From positions 32,001-96,000 of the IMG/VR virus record IMGVR_UViG_3300035520_000607: a stretch of DNA of 64,000 nt; one strand, given 5' to 3'. The first letter of the stretch is position 1, and each line of letters opens with the position of its first letter. The DNA comes from a virus (lineage: Duplodnaviria; Caudoviricetes). Positions 19,974 to 30,829 of the stretch are shown here, one piece after another. The translations under genes and the position numbers were made by a program. Below the pieces are notes generated by a model, which worked only from the letters and a program-made list of their open reading frames with translations, had not been told where the DNA came from and made no database searches.

Positions 19974-22900
19974 ATGACTGGAAGAGTTGACTTACATAAT
20001 CATACAAGGTATTCTAATTTAAGACTTAGAGATGCTTTAGCAACGCCAGAGCAGTTAATTGATAGAGCTATTGAATTAGGGCTATCTGGAATTGCTATCA
20101 CAGACCACGAGACTGTTGCAGGACATATTAAAGCAAATCAATATGCTCAAAAGATTGCAGAGACATCTCCTGATTTTAAAGTTATATTAGGAAATGAAAT
20201 TTATTTAGTAGATGAACGACCTTCAGAGAAACATTGGCATTTTATATTAATAGCAAAAGATGCTGAAGGGCATCATCAGCTAAGAGAGCTATCTTCTTTA
20301 GCATGGTTGAACAGTTATTCTTCAAAAGGAATGACAAGAGTAGATACTTTAAAAGAAGAGCTAAAAGAAATAGTAGAGAAGAATCCTGGACATTTGATCG
20401 CGAGTAGTGCGTGCATAGGCTCAGAGGTTGGACAGAATATTCTAGACCTAGTAGCCGCTGAAGCAACAGGGGATAAGATATTAGAACAGAATGCTCATAA
20501 TAATATAGTTAATTATATTTTATGGTGTAAAGATGTTTTTAAAGATGACTTTTATATTGAAGTTCAGCCAGGAACTAGTAGAGAGCAAATCATAGTGAAT
20601 AAAAGGCTAGCCTCAGTAGCAAAATGTTTTGGAGTTAAGATGATCCCGACTTCTGATACTCACTATTTGAAAAAAGAAGATAGATATGTTCATAAAGCAT
20701 TTTTAAATAGTGAAAATAAAGAAAGAGAAGTAGATGCCTTTTATCAAGATACTTACCTACATTCAAATGAAGAGATGATAGAGAAGTTTAAAGAATCAGA
20801 TTATTCAGAAGATTTTGTCAATGAAATGTTTGAAAATACTTTAGAAATATATAATAAAGTAGAAAATTATTCTTTAGCTCATGCTCAACAAGTTCCAAAA
20901 GTAGATGTTGATTATTATCCTAAGAAGAATCCTCCAGAAGGTTTAGAAAAATATAATACTCTTTCTGAGATGTACCAATCAGAAGATGAAATTAATAGAT
21001 ATTGGATTAATAAATGTATAGATCGATTAAAAGAAATAAATAAATTTAATGAAGTGTATCTAGACGAATTAGAGGAAGAAGCAGAAGTTAAAAAAATTAT
21101 CGGAGAAAAATTAGATACAAATATGTATGCTTATCCAGTATGCTTAGCTCATTATATTAATTTAATGTGGAATTGCGGAAGCTCGATTGGAGTAGGAAGA
21201 GGGTCTGCTTGTTCAGCTTTAAATCATTATCTTTTAGGCATTACTCAATTAGATAGCATTGAGTGGAATTTTCCTTTCTTTCGATATATGAATAGGGACA
21301 CAGATGGACTAGGAGATATAGATATAGATGTTTGCCCTAGTAAAGTTCAAAAAATTATTTCCGCAATAAGAGAAGAAAGAGGACAAAAATTTAAAAAAGA
21401 AATAGAGAATCCTATTTTTAGAGAAAATCTTGGAGCTGTCTATGTTTGTACTTTTGGAACAGAGTCTACAAAGAGCGCAATTCTTACTGCGGCAAGGGGA
21501 TATCGATCAGAAGAATATCCAGAAGGGATAGATATTGATACTGCTCAATATCTTAGCTCTTTGGTCCCAAGCGAAAGAGGATTTGTCTGGAGTATTCATG
21601 ATGTAGTTTATGGAAATGAAGAAAAAGATAGAAAACCTGTAAAAATATTTGTAAATGAAATAAAACAGTACCCTGGATTGTTAGAAATAATAGAGGGTAT
21701 CGAAGGATGCATATCTCGAAGAGGAAGACACGCCTCAGGAGTATTATTTATGGGAGAAGACCCTTTTGAATTTAATGCTTTTATGAAAACTCCTAGTGGA
21801 GAAATCGTAACTCAATATGATTTACATGATGCAGAATGGGCTGGTAGTGTAAAGATGGATATTCTTGTAACAGAAGTTCAAGATAAAATAGTTCAAACTT
21901 TAAAATTTCTTCAAAGAGATGGCTTACTAGATCAAAATCTAAATTTAAGAGAGCTATATAATAAATATCTTCATCCAGATGTTTTACCTCTTGATAAAAA
22001 AGAGATCTGGAAAGTTATTCAAGAAGCTTCTACATTAGACTTATTTCAATTAGATTCTGATATTGGAAGACAAGGAGCAAAAAAAGTAAAACCTTCAAAT
22101 ATAAATGAATTATCTTCAGTAAATGGTCTTATTAGATTAATGACAACAGAAAAAGGTGCAGAATCTTGGCTAGATAAATATACGAGATTTAAAAATGATA
22201 GAAAAGAAATAGTTAAAGAAATGGATAGATATGGACTTACTTTAAAAGAAAAGATAGCTTTAAATAGATATTTAGAAATTACTTATGGAATTGGTATTTC
22301 ACAAGAACAATTAATGAAAGTTTTAATGGATGAAGATATTTGTAATTTCTCTCTTAAAGAAGCTAATAAAGCTAGAAAAGTAGTTTCAAAGAAGAAGATG
22401 AGCGAAATTCCTAATTTAAAACAAAAGGTAAAGGAAACCGCAAAGAGTGAAAATTTATTTAATTATGTATGGGATTATGTTGTAGGCCCTGGACTAGGAT
22501 ACTCTTTTTCAGATATTCATAGTTTATCTTATTCTTTTATAGGTTTCCAAACTGCTTATTTAGCAACTAATTGGAATCCTATTTATTGGAACACCTCTTG
22601 TTTAATTGTAAATAGTGGAAGTCTTGAAGAAGAATCTGATTTTGAAGAAGATGAAGATGGAGAGATTATAAAGAAAAAAGAAAAAAGTAGTGATTATGGA
22701 AAAATTGCTAAAGCTATTGGAGATACTCGATCAAGAGGAATTAGAGTTTCATTAATAGATATAAATAAATCTAGTTATAGTTTTGAGCCAGATATAGAAA
22801 ATAATGAAATCTTATTTGGAATGAAAGCCTTAAGTAATGTTGGAGGTCCAGTTATAGAACAAATAATTAGCGGCCGCCCTTACTATGGAATTGCAGATTT

Positions 22901-23924
22901 TATGAATAGATGTCCATTAAATAAAAGTGCAATGTTCTCTTTAATTAAAGGTGGAGCTTTTGATAAATTAGAAATTGAATGGGCAAAAGAACTTAACATA
23001 GAACCAAGAAAATTAATCATGATTTATTATATATCAAAAGTATGTGAAGCTAAAAAGAGAATTACATTACAAAATTTTAATGGCTTAATTCAACATAATT
23101 TAATACCTGCGGAATTAGATTTACAAAAGAAAGTTTATAACTTTACAAAGTATTTAAAAGCAAATAAAAAAGTAGGAAAATATTATGTATTTGATAATAT
23201 TTGTGAAGATTTTTACAACAAATATTTTGATGAAGATCAACTTGAAATTATAAATGGTTTAACTTGTATTCAACAAATTAAATGGGATAAAATTTATCAA
23301 GATACAATGGATAAAGTTAGAGATTGGATAAGAGATAATCAAGAACAAATCTTAAATGACTATAACAATATTTTATTTAAAGAGTGCTGGGATAAATATG
23401 CAATAGGTAATATAAGTTCGTGTGAAATGGAAGCATTATGTTTTTATTATCATAAACATGAATTAGCAGATGTAAAAGTAGACAAATATGGAATTGTAGA
23501 TTTTAATACTTTATCTCCTGAATCTGAAGTTGATTATTTGTTTAAGCGCGGCGGTCATGACATTCCTATTTATAAGATAAATAAAATTATTGGAACAGTA
23601 ATAGGGAAAAATGATACTCGTTCATCAATTACGCTATTAACAACAACAGGTGTAGTAACAGTAAAATTTACAAAAGAATATTTTGCAATGTATAACCGTC
23701 AAATGTCTGAGAAACAAGAAGATGGAACTAAAAAAATTGTTGAAAAAGGTTGGTTTACAAGAGGAACTAAGCTATTGGTTGCTGGGTATAGAAGAGATGA
23801 CTCATTCGTAGCAAAAACATATAAAAGCAATGGTTTCCACCAATTATATAAAATAGTAAAAATATTAGATAACGGAGAAATAGAATTAGTTCATGATAGA
23901 GCTGGTTCAAGTGAAGAAGAGTAG
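19974..23924 (+). CDS. dnaE: DNA polymerase III alpha subunit
   Basis: PHP LHNHTRYS/ITDH, GRGSA, DIDID, HASG, KMDIL, YSFS..H. Confidence 0.95.
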   Translation: MTGRVDLHNHTRYSNLRLRDALATPEQLIDRAIELGLSGIAITDHETVAGHIKANQYAQKIAETSPDFKVILGNEIYLVDERPSEKHWHFILIAKDAEGHHQLRELSSLAWLNSYSSKGMTRVDTLKEELKEIVEKNPGHLIASSACIGSEVGQNILDLVAAEATGDKILEQNAHNNIVNYILWCKDVFKDDFYIEVQPGTSREQIIVNKRLASVAKCFGVKMIPTSDTHYLKKEDRYVHKAFLNSENKEREVDAFYQDTYLHSNEEMIEKFKESDYSEDFVNEMFENTLEIYNKVENYSLAHAQQVPKVDVDYYPKKNPPEGLEKYNTLSEMYQSEDEINRYWINKCIDRLKEINKFNEVYLDELEEEAEVKKIIGEKLDTNMYAYPVCLAHYINLMWNCGSSIGVGRGSACSALNHYLLGITQLDSIEWNFPFFRYMNRDTDGLGDIDIDVCPSKVQKIISAIREERGQKFKKEIENPIFRENLGAVYVCTFGTESTKSAILTAARGYRSEEYPEGIDIDTAQYLSSLVPSERGFVWSIHDVVYGNEEKDRKPVKIFVNEIKQYPGLLEIIEGIEGCISRRGRHASGVLFMGEDPFEFNAFMKTPSGEIVTQYDLHDAEWAGSVKMDILVTEVQDKIVQTLKFLQRDGLLDQNLNLRELYNKYLHPDVLPLDKKEIWKVIQEASTLDLFQLDSDIGRQGAKKVKPSNINELSSVNGLIRLMTTEKGAESWLDKYTRFKNDRKEIVKEMDRYGLTLKEKIALNRYLEITYGIGISQEQLMKVLMDEDICNFSLKEANKARKVVSKKKMSEIPNLKQKVKETAKSENLFNYVWDYVVGPGLGYSFSDIHSLSYSFIGFQTAYLATNWNPIYWNTSCLIVNSGSLEEESDFEEDEDGEIIKKKEKSSDYGKIAKAIGDTRSRGIRVSLIDINKSSYSFEPDIENNEILFGMKALSNVGGPVIEQIISGRPYYGIADFMNRCPLNKSAMFSLIKGGAFDKLEIEWAKELNIEPRKLIMIYYISKVCEAKKRITLQNFNGLIQHNLIPAELDLQKKVYNFTKYLKANKKVGKYYVFDNICEDFYNKYFDEDQLEIINGLTCIQQIKWDKIYQDTMDKVRDWIRDNQEQILNDYNNILFKECWDKYAIGNISSCEMEALCFYYHKHELADVKVDKYGIVDFNTLSPESEVDYLFKRGGHDIPIYKINKIIGTVIGKNDTRSSITLLTTTGVVTVKFTKEYFAMYNRQMSEKQEDGTKKIVEKGWFTRGTKLLVAGYRRDDSFVAKTYKSNGFHQLYKIVKILDNGEIELVHDRAGSSEEE

Positions 23925-24046
23925 GAATAGCCTTCTCTTTCTTCTTCTCTGGTCAATATTGGACAATCTATTTAAAAGTTTTTTGATACATAATATCGGG
24001 TAAATATTTATAAACCCCTTAAAAATAATTAAATAATTGAGGAGGA

Positions 24047-26275
24047 ATGAAAATGTTACAAGTTCAAAAACGCGATGGTAGAATCGTAGAGTTTAATGAA
24101 CAAAAAATTATGAATGCGATACTTGCCGCATTTAAAGAAGTGGATGGAGAGATTAATGAATATGCTCAAACAAAAGCTGAAAACATTGCAAGTTATATTA
24201 GAGGTTACTATGAAGATGTAGAAGAAATTCCTAATATAGAAGAAATTCAAGACCTCGTTGAAAAAGGTTTAATGTCAACGAAGAGGAAGGATGTAGCGAA
24301 AGCTTATATTCTTTATAGAGAAAACAGAACGAAAGCAAGAGGGAATATAATAGACAAAGAAGTTCTAGAATTTTTAGATGGCGCAAGTGAATATTGGAAT
24401 ACTGAGAACTCTAATAAAAATGCCCAAATTGTTACAACCCAAAGAGATTATTTAGCTGGAATTTTATCTACTGATATTGCAAGAAGAGTTATTTTACCAA
24501 AAGAAGTTGTAGAAGCTCATGACGCAGGAATTATACATGAACATGATATGGATTATTTATCTCAAAATGCATTAACTAACTGTTGTTTAATTAATTTAAA
24601 TGATATGTTACAAAATGGAACTGTAATTAATGGTATTATGATAGAAAAACCTCATAAATTACTTACTGCTACAACTATTGCTACTCAAATAATTTTAGGA
24701 GTATCTTCAAGTCAATATGGTGGATGTAGTGTTTCTTTAGCACATTTAGCACCTTTTGTTAGAGATAGTTACAATTATTATTATAATAAATATATGAGAA
24801 GAACTAATAATGAACCACTATCTGAGACATTTGCAATGGAAGATTTAAAGAAAGAAATTGAAGCAGGAGTTCAAACTTTTAATTATCAAGTCAATTCAAT
24901 GACGAATACCAACGGTCAGTCCCCTTTTCTCACGGTATTCATGTACCTAGGCGAGACAGAAGAATTCAAAGATGAATTAGCTATGTTGATAGAAGAATTT
25001 TTAAAACAAAGAATTGAAGGAATGAAAAATGAAGTTGGCGCTTATATTACCGTTGCTTTCCCTAAATTAATTTATGTCCTTGAAGAAGATAATATTAATG
25101 AAGATAGTAAATATTGGGAATTAACTAAATTGGCAGCTAAATGCACTGCAAAAAGACTTGTTCCTGATTATATTTCTGAGAAAATGATGAAAAAAATTAA
25201 AATTAATAAATATGGAAAAGGAGATTGCTTTGCTGTAATGGGTTGTCGTTCCGCATTATCTCCATGGAGTGTTGAAGGAAATCCTTCAAAAGCAAAAGAC
25301 TATGTTGAAGGAGAAGGAAAATATTATGGAAGATTTAATTGCGGAGTTACTACAATAAATCTACCAGATGTGGCATTTTCATCAAAAGGAAATTATGATA
25401 AGTTTTGGGAATTAATGGAAGAAAGAACAGAATTATGTCATAAAGGCCTTCAAGCAAGAATAAAAAGGCTATTAAATGTAACAAGTGATATAGCGCCTAT
25501 CTTATGGCAACATGGAGCTTATGCTAGACTAGAAAAAGGAGAAAAACTAACAAATTTAATTTATGGAGGTTATTCCACTGCTAGTTTAGGATATGCAGGA
25601 TTATATGAATGCACAAAATATATGACTGGAAAATCACATACGGATGGAGCAGAAGGAGAAAAATTCGCGCTAGAAGTAATGCAATTTTTAAATAAAAAAT
25701 GTAACCAATGGAAAGAAGCTGAAAATATAGGTTATTCTATTTATGGTTCACCTATTGAATCAACAACTTATAAATTTGCTAAATGTTTGAAAAAAAGATT
25801 TGGAGAAGATATTTTTATAAAATTAGATGGAAAAGATAGAAATTACATAACAAATAGTTTCCACGTTCCAGTATTCGAAGCTATTGATCCTTTTACTAAA
25901 TTATCTATTGAGGCTAAATTCCAAGAACTAAGCTCTGGAGGTATGATTTCTTATGTAGAGAGTGCCGATATGAGCAGAAATACAGAAGCACTTCTTGAAG
26001 TAATGAAGTTTATTTATAATAATATCATGTATGCGGAAATCAATACTAAATCAGATTATTGTCAAGTCTGCGGTTATGATGGTGAAGTCAAAATCGTAGA
26101 CATAGATGGTAAACTTGATTGGGAATGCCCTCAATGTGGTAATATGGATCATAACAAAATGAATGTAGCTAGAAGGGTATGTGGATATATATCAACAAAC
26201 TTCTTTAATCAAGGAAGAACAGATGAAATAAACAATAGATATGTTCATTTAGATAATCATCAATTAGGAGAGTAA
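24047..26275 (+). CDS. nrdD: anaerobic ribonucleoside-triphosphate reductase
   Basis: ATP cone (VQKRDG), NCCL, MGCRS, YITNSFH, CQVCG/CPQCG, RRVCGY glycyl-radical site. Confidence 0.95.
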   Translation: MKMLQVQKRDGRIVEFNEQKIMNAILAAFKEVDGEINEYAQTKAENIASYIRGYYEDVEEIPNIEEIQDLVEKGLMSTKRKDVAKAYILYRENRTKARGNIIDKEVLEFLDGASEYWNTENSNKNAQIVTTQRDYLAGILSTDIARRVILPKEVVEAHDAGIIHEHDMDYLSQNALTNCCLINLNDMLQNGTVINGIMIEKPHKLLTATTIATQIILGVSSSQYGGCSVSLAHLAPFVRDSYNYYYNKYMRRTNNEPLSETFAMEDLKKEIEAGVQTFNYQVNSMTNTNGQSPFLTVFMYLGETEEFKDELAMLIEEFLKQRIEGMKNEVGAYITVAFPKLIYVLEEDNINEDSKYWELTKLAAKCTAKRLVPDYISEKMMKKIKINKYGKGDCFAVMGCRSALSPWSVEGNPSKAKDYVEGEGKYYGRFNCGVTTINLPDVAFSSKGNYDKFWELMEERTELCHKGLQARIKRLLNVTSDIAPILWQHGAYARLEKGEKLTNLIYGGYSTASLGYAGLYECTKYMTGKSHTDGAEGEKFALEVMQFLNKKCNQWKEAENIGYSIYGSPIESTTYKFAKCLKKRFGEDIFIKLDGKDRNYITNSFHVPVFEAIDPFTKLSIEAKFQELSSGGMISYVESADMSRNTEALLEVMKFIYNNIMYAEINTKSDYCQVCGYDGEVKIVDIDGKLDWECPQCGNMDHNKMNVARRVCGYISTNFFNQGRTDEINNRYVHLDNHQLGE

Positions 26276-26276
26276 T

Positions 26277-26762
26277 ATGAGATATGCTCAAATAAGAAAA
26301 ATGGATATAAGTAACGGATGCGGAATTGGGGTATCATTGTTTACTCAAGGTTGCCGCATCCATTGTAAAAATTGTTTTAATAAAGAAATATGGAATTATG
26401 ATGGCGGAAATAAATGAACTGATGAAGTATGCAATAACTTTATAAAACTAATTGAACCTGATTACATTACAAGAGTAAGCATACTTGGAGGAGAACCTCT
26501 AAGTGAAGAAAATTTAAAAGATTTAAAAAATTTATTTTCATTAATTAAAGAGAAATACCCAAATAAAAAGATATGGTTATATACTGGCTATATTTATGAG
26601 AATTTAAAGCAAGAGCAAAAAGAGATTGCGGAAATGGCTGACTATTTAGTAGATGGTCCTTATAGAGATGAGGAGCGCGATTTAACATTGCATTATCGCG
26701 GTTCCCGCAATCAAAGAATTATAGACATGAGGAAGGCACTAGAAGAAAAAGGAATTAATTAA
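26277..26762 (+). CDS. nrdG: anaerobic RNR activase (radical SAM), code 4
   Basis: DISNG.GIGVSLFTQGCRIHCKNCFN, GGNKW(TGA 26415)T, ILGGEP, WLYTG, LVDG, RGSRNQR; missing from ORF track. Confidence 0.92.
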
Positions 26763-26796
26763 TCTTAATTCCTTTTATTCTCTTGAAAAAGCAACG

Positions 26797-27219
26797 ATGA
26801 GAGAAATTACGCGAGAGATGATAAAAGAATATCGTATTAATAAAATTAAATATGATTTTATGGGCTACACTTTTAATAGATATGAAGAATTGAGTTTTCA
26901 TCATTTGATTGTACCTAGGAGAGAATGTAAAGCTCAAGGCCTTGGTGATGGATACTATTTTTGAAATGGAGCTATTTTAAATCAAGAAACTTCACATGAT
27001 TATCTTCATATTATAGAAAGAATTGATAGACAAGCTTTCTTACAAATAACAGATATAATGATATGGGAAAATCAACAAAAAGAAATAGATTTAAAAAGCT
27101 TAAAAGATATTAGACAAATATTACTATTATTTGAAGATACCTATAAAAATGAAAAAAATAAATCTGGACAAAAGATTCTAAAAAGACAATTTATAAACAA
27201 TAGGATAGATTTATCATAA
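26797..27219 (+). CDS. HNH-like protein, code 4
   Basis: 140 aa ORF with LSFHHLIVP...YFW(TGA)NGAIL...SHDYLH (HH..N..H pattern). Confidence 0.6.
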
Positions 27220-27258
27220 AAAGAATAAAAAGAGGAGAAAATAAAATCTTCTTTTTTT

Positions 27259-27287
27259 TTGACTTTAAAACAAAAAAATGTTATAAT
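27259..27287 (+). promoter_or_regulatory. sigma70-type promoter
   Basis: TTGACT-17-TATAAT with TG. Confidence 0.7.
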
Positions 27288-27308
27288 AAATATATAAGAA
27301 AATGAAAG

Positions 27309-27767
27309 GTGTTTTATATGATAAAAAAAATACTAACCTATCCTAAAGATAGAGATACTCTATCTCAAATTAGTGAGGAAGTCAAATCAATAGAAGATTA
27401 TAAAGATCTTATTCAAGATTTAAAAGATACGCTAAAAGATAATGGAGATACTGGAGTAGCTATTTCCGCAATTCAAATAGGAGAGCCAAAAAGAATTTGT
27501 TATATTAATTATGATAACAGAGAAATAGTTATGATTAATCCTATTATCACGTGGAAAAGATCTGGGGCTTCTGGAATGAAAGAATTTCTTGAAGGTTGTC
27601 TAAGCGCCCCTGGTAAATATAAGAAAGTATCTAGACCTCAAAAGGTAATTTGTCAATACACTGATGAGAATGGCGAATTAAAAGAAATTGCAGAAGGCGG
27701 ATGGATGAGCGCAATAATTCAACATGAACTAGATCATTTTGAAGGAATATGCAAAGTATCAGAATAG
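27309..27767 (+). CDS. def: peptide deformylase
   Basis: GVAISAIQIG, EGCLS, QHELDH; start may be ATG 27318. Confidence 0.92.
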   Translation: MFYMIKKILTYPKDRDTLSQISEEVKSIEDYKDLIQDLKDTLKDNGDTGVAISAIQIGEPKRICYINYDNREIVMINPIITWKRSGASGMKEFLEGCLSAPGKYKKVSRPQKVICQYTDENGELKEIAEGGWMSAIIQHELDHFEGICKVSE

Positions 27768-27777
27768 GAGTATCTAA

Positions 27778-28077
27778 ATGGCAGAATTTAAAGTTCATAG
27801 TTTAAAAATAAAAACTGATGAAAATAATTTAAAAATAGAAGATTCTTATGTTATAAAAACAAAAGAAAAAATGACTTTAATATTAAATGATGCATTTAAA
27901 AAATTAGATTTATGGGACTTTAAAACGAAAAGAGATATGAATTCTTTAATAAGGCAATGGAGAACTTACAATAAGTTATATAAAATGCATTTATTTAGAA
28001 AGAAAACAAGAAGTTGTAATTTCAAAATAAAAAATAATAAAATTATAGAAATTATTTATATGATATTAGGATTTTAA
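27778..28077 (+). CDS. hypothetical protein
   Basis: GGAG RBS, 99 aa. Confidence 0.6.
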   Translation: MAEFKVHSLKIKTDENNLKIEDSYVIKTKEKMTLILNDAFKKLDLWDFKTKRDMNSLIRQWRTYNKLYKMHLFRKKTRSCNFKIKNNKIIEIIYMILGF

Positions 28078-28091
28078 AAGGAGGCACCTAA

Positions 28092-28469
28092 ATGAGCGAA
28101 GTAACAATGGGAACGCTATATGATTTAAATAAACAAGTTGTTCAAGCAGAGATATCTCTAACAGGAGAATATTTAGAAAAGAAAAAAGATATAATTAAAG
28201 ATTTTTTAAAAAATACTGATGGTATGTATTATATGCTATTATGTAATGAGAGAAAAGATTATACAGTATTTAGAAATGAATATAGACATGCGGGAGATCT
28301 AGATGCATTTGCTAATGTTTTAGTAGATGAATGTCTTCTTAACCGCGGATTAGTCAAAGGAATAGACAAAACAAAAGGTGAAACTGCTATCGAGATATGG
28401 CTATCAATAGATGGAGAAGCTTATGTATACTATTTCTTTAAATATGATGATGCAATTATAGAAATATAA
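28092..28469 (+). CDS. hypothetical phage protein
   Basis: AGGAGG RBS, 125 aa. Confidence 0.65.
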   Translation: MSEVTMGTLYDLNKQVVQAEISLTGEYLEKKKDIIKDFLKNTDGMYYMLLCNERKDYTVFRNEYRHAGDLDAFANVLVDECLLNRGLVKGIDKTKGETAIEIWLSIDGEAYVYYFFKYDDAIIEI

Positions 28470-28481
28470 GGAGGAAATACT

Positions 28482-28751
28482 ATGGGAAAAAGTATATTAG
28501 TAGATTGTAAAATGTTTACTAAACAACAAAAAGTTTTTGCCTTAGATGAAGAACATGGAATAACTGGAATTATAGATACTGAGATAGATAAAATCCCTGA
28601 AACTGTTATGTCTTTATCAAGAGATATTGAATGTAATGTAGTTAATATAAAAGGTTTAAAAGCTTATACAAAAGGGATAGAGAAAAATATAAAAGAATAT
28701 GAATTAAGTAAATATAACGAAAATAAACTAGTTATTAACTTAATTAAATAA
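28482..28751 (+). CDS. hypothetical protein
   Basis: AGGAGG RBS, 89 aa. Confidence 0.6.
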   Translation: MGKSILVDCKMFTKQQKVFALDEEHGITGIIDTEIDKIPETVMSLSRDIECNVVNIKGLKAYTKGIEKNIKEYELSKYNENKLVINLIK

Positions 28752-28758
28752 AAGGAGA

Positions 28759-29022
28759 ATGAATATGAAATATTTAATTAGTACAACAGAAATATATAGA
28801 GCGGATTCAGAAGCTGAGGCTATAAAAATAATTGAAGATGCTAAAGCAGATACTCACTATGTTCTTTCAAAATATTCAAGTCAATATAAAGAAAGAAAAC
28901 AAAAAGGTGAAGTAGTAGATTCTTGGTATAAAGTTTCTTTAACTAAGTCATTTACTGATGAGAAAGAGCCTCAATTTGAAACAAGAGTAGAATATACAAA
29001 TAGTATGGAAAGTGCTTTTTAG
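28759..29022 (+). CDS. hypothetical protein
   Basis: AAGGAG RBS, 87 aa. Confidence 0.6.
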   Translation: MNMKYLISTTEIYRADSEAEAIKIIEDAKADTHYVLSKYSSQYKERKQKGEVVDSWYKVSLTKSFTDEKEPQFETRVEYTNSMESAF

Positions 29023-29034
29023 AAAGAGGTTTAA

Positions 29035-29520
29035 ATGGAAAATACAGATATTATTATAAATGATGATGATAATTATATTAATACTATGATTAAATATAAA
29101 AAATTAAATGAATTAGCAAAAGAACCTAAACATGGAAGTGCGGATGCTGCCGGTTACGATCTTTATGCGGCAACCGCAGAAGATATATCTATTCCCGCAC
29201 ATACAACTGTTAAAATAGATACTGGTTTAGCTTTTGCTTTACCTAAATATACATTTGGAGCTATCTTTGCTAGAAGTGGTTTAGCTACTAAGCAAGGCCT
29301 TAGACCAAGTAACTGTGTCGGTGTCGTAGACGCGGATTACCGAGGTCCAGTCATTGTGGCACTTCATAATGATACAGATCAAGAGCAAATAGTTTCCGCA
29401 GGTGACAGAATTGCACAACTAGTATTATTGCCATATTTACCAATGTCTTTTATTGAATCTGATAATTTAGATGAAACTGAACGTGGAGATGGTGGTTTCG
29501 GTTCTACAGGGCTTAATTAA
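29035..29520 (+). CDS. dut: trimeric dUTPase
   Basis: AGYDL, RSG, GVVDADYRG, GDRIAQL, RGDGGFGSTG. Confidence 0.95.
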   Translation: MENTDIIINDDDNYINTMIKYKKLNELAKEPKHGSADAAGYDLYAATAEDISIPAHTTVKIDTGLAFALPKYTFGAIFARSGLATKQGLRPSNCVGVVDADYRGPVIVALHNDTDQEQIVSAGDRIAQLVLLPYLPMSFIESDNLDETERGDGGFGSTGLN

Positions 29521-29567
29521 TAATTAGATGAAGTATTTATCTTCATCTTTTTTTATGTAAAAATTTC

Positions 29568-29597
29568 TTGACAAGGCTAGATAAAATATGATATAAT
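29568..29597 (+). promoter_or_regulatory. sigma70-type promoter
   Basis: TTGACA-18-TATAAT with TG. Confidence 0.7.
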
Positions 29598-29627
29598 AAA
29601 CTTGGAAATAAATAAGGAGGTGTCCAT

Positions 29628-30134
29628 ATGAGTATATTGAGTCTCGATTTATCCACAAAGAGTTCGGGGTGAGCAATCTTTGAAGGTGATGAATTAAAAA
29701 ATCATGGATGCATAACATCTTCATCAACAGATTTAATTAAGCGTATTCATATAATGATAGATGCTATTGATGAGATATTAAAAAATAATGATATAAAAGA
29801 AATCATAGTAGAGGAAGTCCGCCCTGAAGGAGGATATGGAGTTGGGAATATAAAAACAATGAAAGCCCTTATGTATCTTCAAGCGGGATTAGAATTTCTC
29901 ATTCATGATAATTATAAAAATAAAGTAGAAATTAATTATATATATCCTAGTTCTTGGAGAGCTTCTTGCGGTATTAAAAACGGAAGAGGAATAAAAAGAA
30001 CCTCATTAAAAGAGGCAGACATTGCTTTTGTTCAAGAGAAATATGGTATTACTGTAAATGATGATGAGGCGGATGCTATTTGCATTGGCTATGCTCAAAA
30101 TCATATTGAAAGTAACGAAATAAATTGGGGATAA
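29628..30134 (+). CDS. RuvC-like Holliday junction resolvase, code 4
   Basis: AGGAGG RBS; ILSLDLSTKSSGW(TGA 29670)AIF, IIVEE, PSSWR, DDEADAICIG. Confidence 0.85.
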
Positions 30135-30164
30135 AAAAAAGAAACTACCATCTAAGGTAGTTTT
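30132..30164. terminator. bidirectional terminator between the convergent arms
   Basis: A-tract, AAACTACC/GGTAGTTT hairpin, T-tract. Confidence 0.7.
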
Positions 30165-30191
30165 AATTTATGCATCTGTGCGTAAGATTAT

Positions 30192-30389
30192 TTAATCTTC
30201 ATCTTGTTTTTTCATTTCGTTATGTTCTATTATATCAGATTTATGATGATAATAAATAGCTTCTTCAAGATCTTTTATCATATCAATAACTTCTCCTAAT
30301 TCTGCAGTATTTATTTTTTGTAGTCCATTTGACATATATTCTTCAACAGAACAAATAAGAGTGTGTTCTATTTTATTTAATTTTTCCAT
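30192..30389 (-). CDS. hypothetical protein (cassette gene 5)
   Basis: INTAELGEVIDMIKDL; overlaps stop of upstream gene. Confidence 0.65.
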   Translation of the reverse strand: MEKLNKIEHTLICSVEEYMSNGLQKINTAELGEVIDMIKDLEEAIYYHHKSDIIEHNEMKKQDED

Positions 30390-30829
30390 TAAGCAGTCCT
30401 TTCTACAATTAAAACTACATTTTGAGTATTAATTGTTTGAGTAGTTGTATTTCTTATACTTATTTGGGCGCAACATCCGCATGGAATATCTATAAAGATT
30501 GTCTTATCAACAGCATTATAAGGGCCTGCAGTTGCGGAAGTAGTTATTACTGTTGAACTAAGAATAGGTTCTCCATTTAGAGTAATTGCTAAAGATATTG
30601 GGCCTGCGGTTCCAGTCGTAGGAAGTGCGACGTTTCCACCAAAAGTTATCTTAAATCTAACGCGGCTTTGATTAGTAGCGCCTTTTAAAGTTATTATACC
30701 ACTGCCATCGTCGTGGAATATGGAACTGCTCTTGTTGTGAGAAGAAGTTGTAAATAGAACATTTTGATTTGAGTCTATTGATTGAATAGCATTAGCTGTA
30801 AATTCCATGTTTGTTACCTCCATTAGCAT
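30389..30829 (-). CDS. beta-sandwich protein, BclA C-terminal-like (cassette gene 4)
   Basis: All-beta pattern, GPISLAITLNGE, CGCC; true start possibly 30808 or 30823. Confidence 0.55.
   Translation of the reverse strand: MLMEVTNMEFTANAIQSIDSNQNVLFTTSSHNKSSSIFHDDGSGIITLKGATNQSRVRFKITFGGNVALPTTGTAGPISLAITLNGEPILSSTVITTSATAGPYNAVDKTIFIDIPCGCCAQISIRNTTTQTINTQNVVLIVERTA

Noticed and set aside
12973-26275. Inteins in DnaB, DnaE or NrdD
   Set aside because: Protein lengths and motif spacing are normal, with no C/S...HN splice signatures seen
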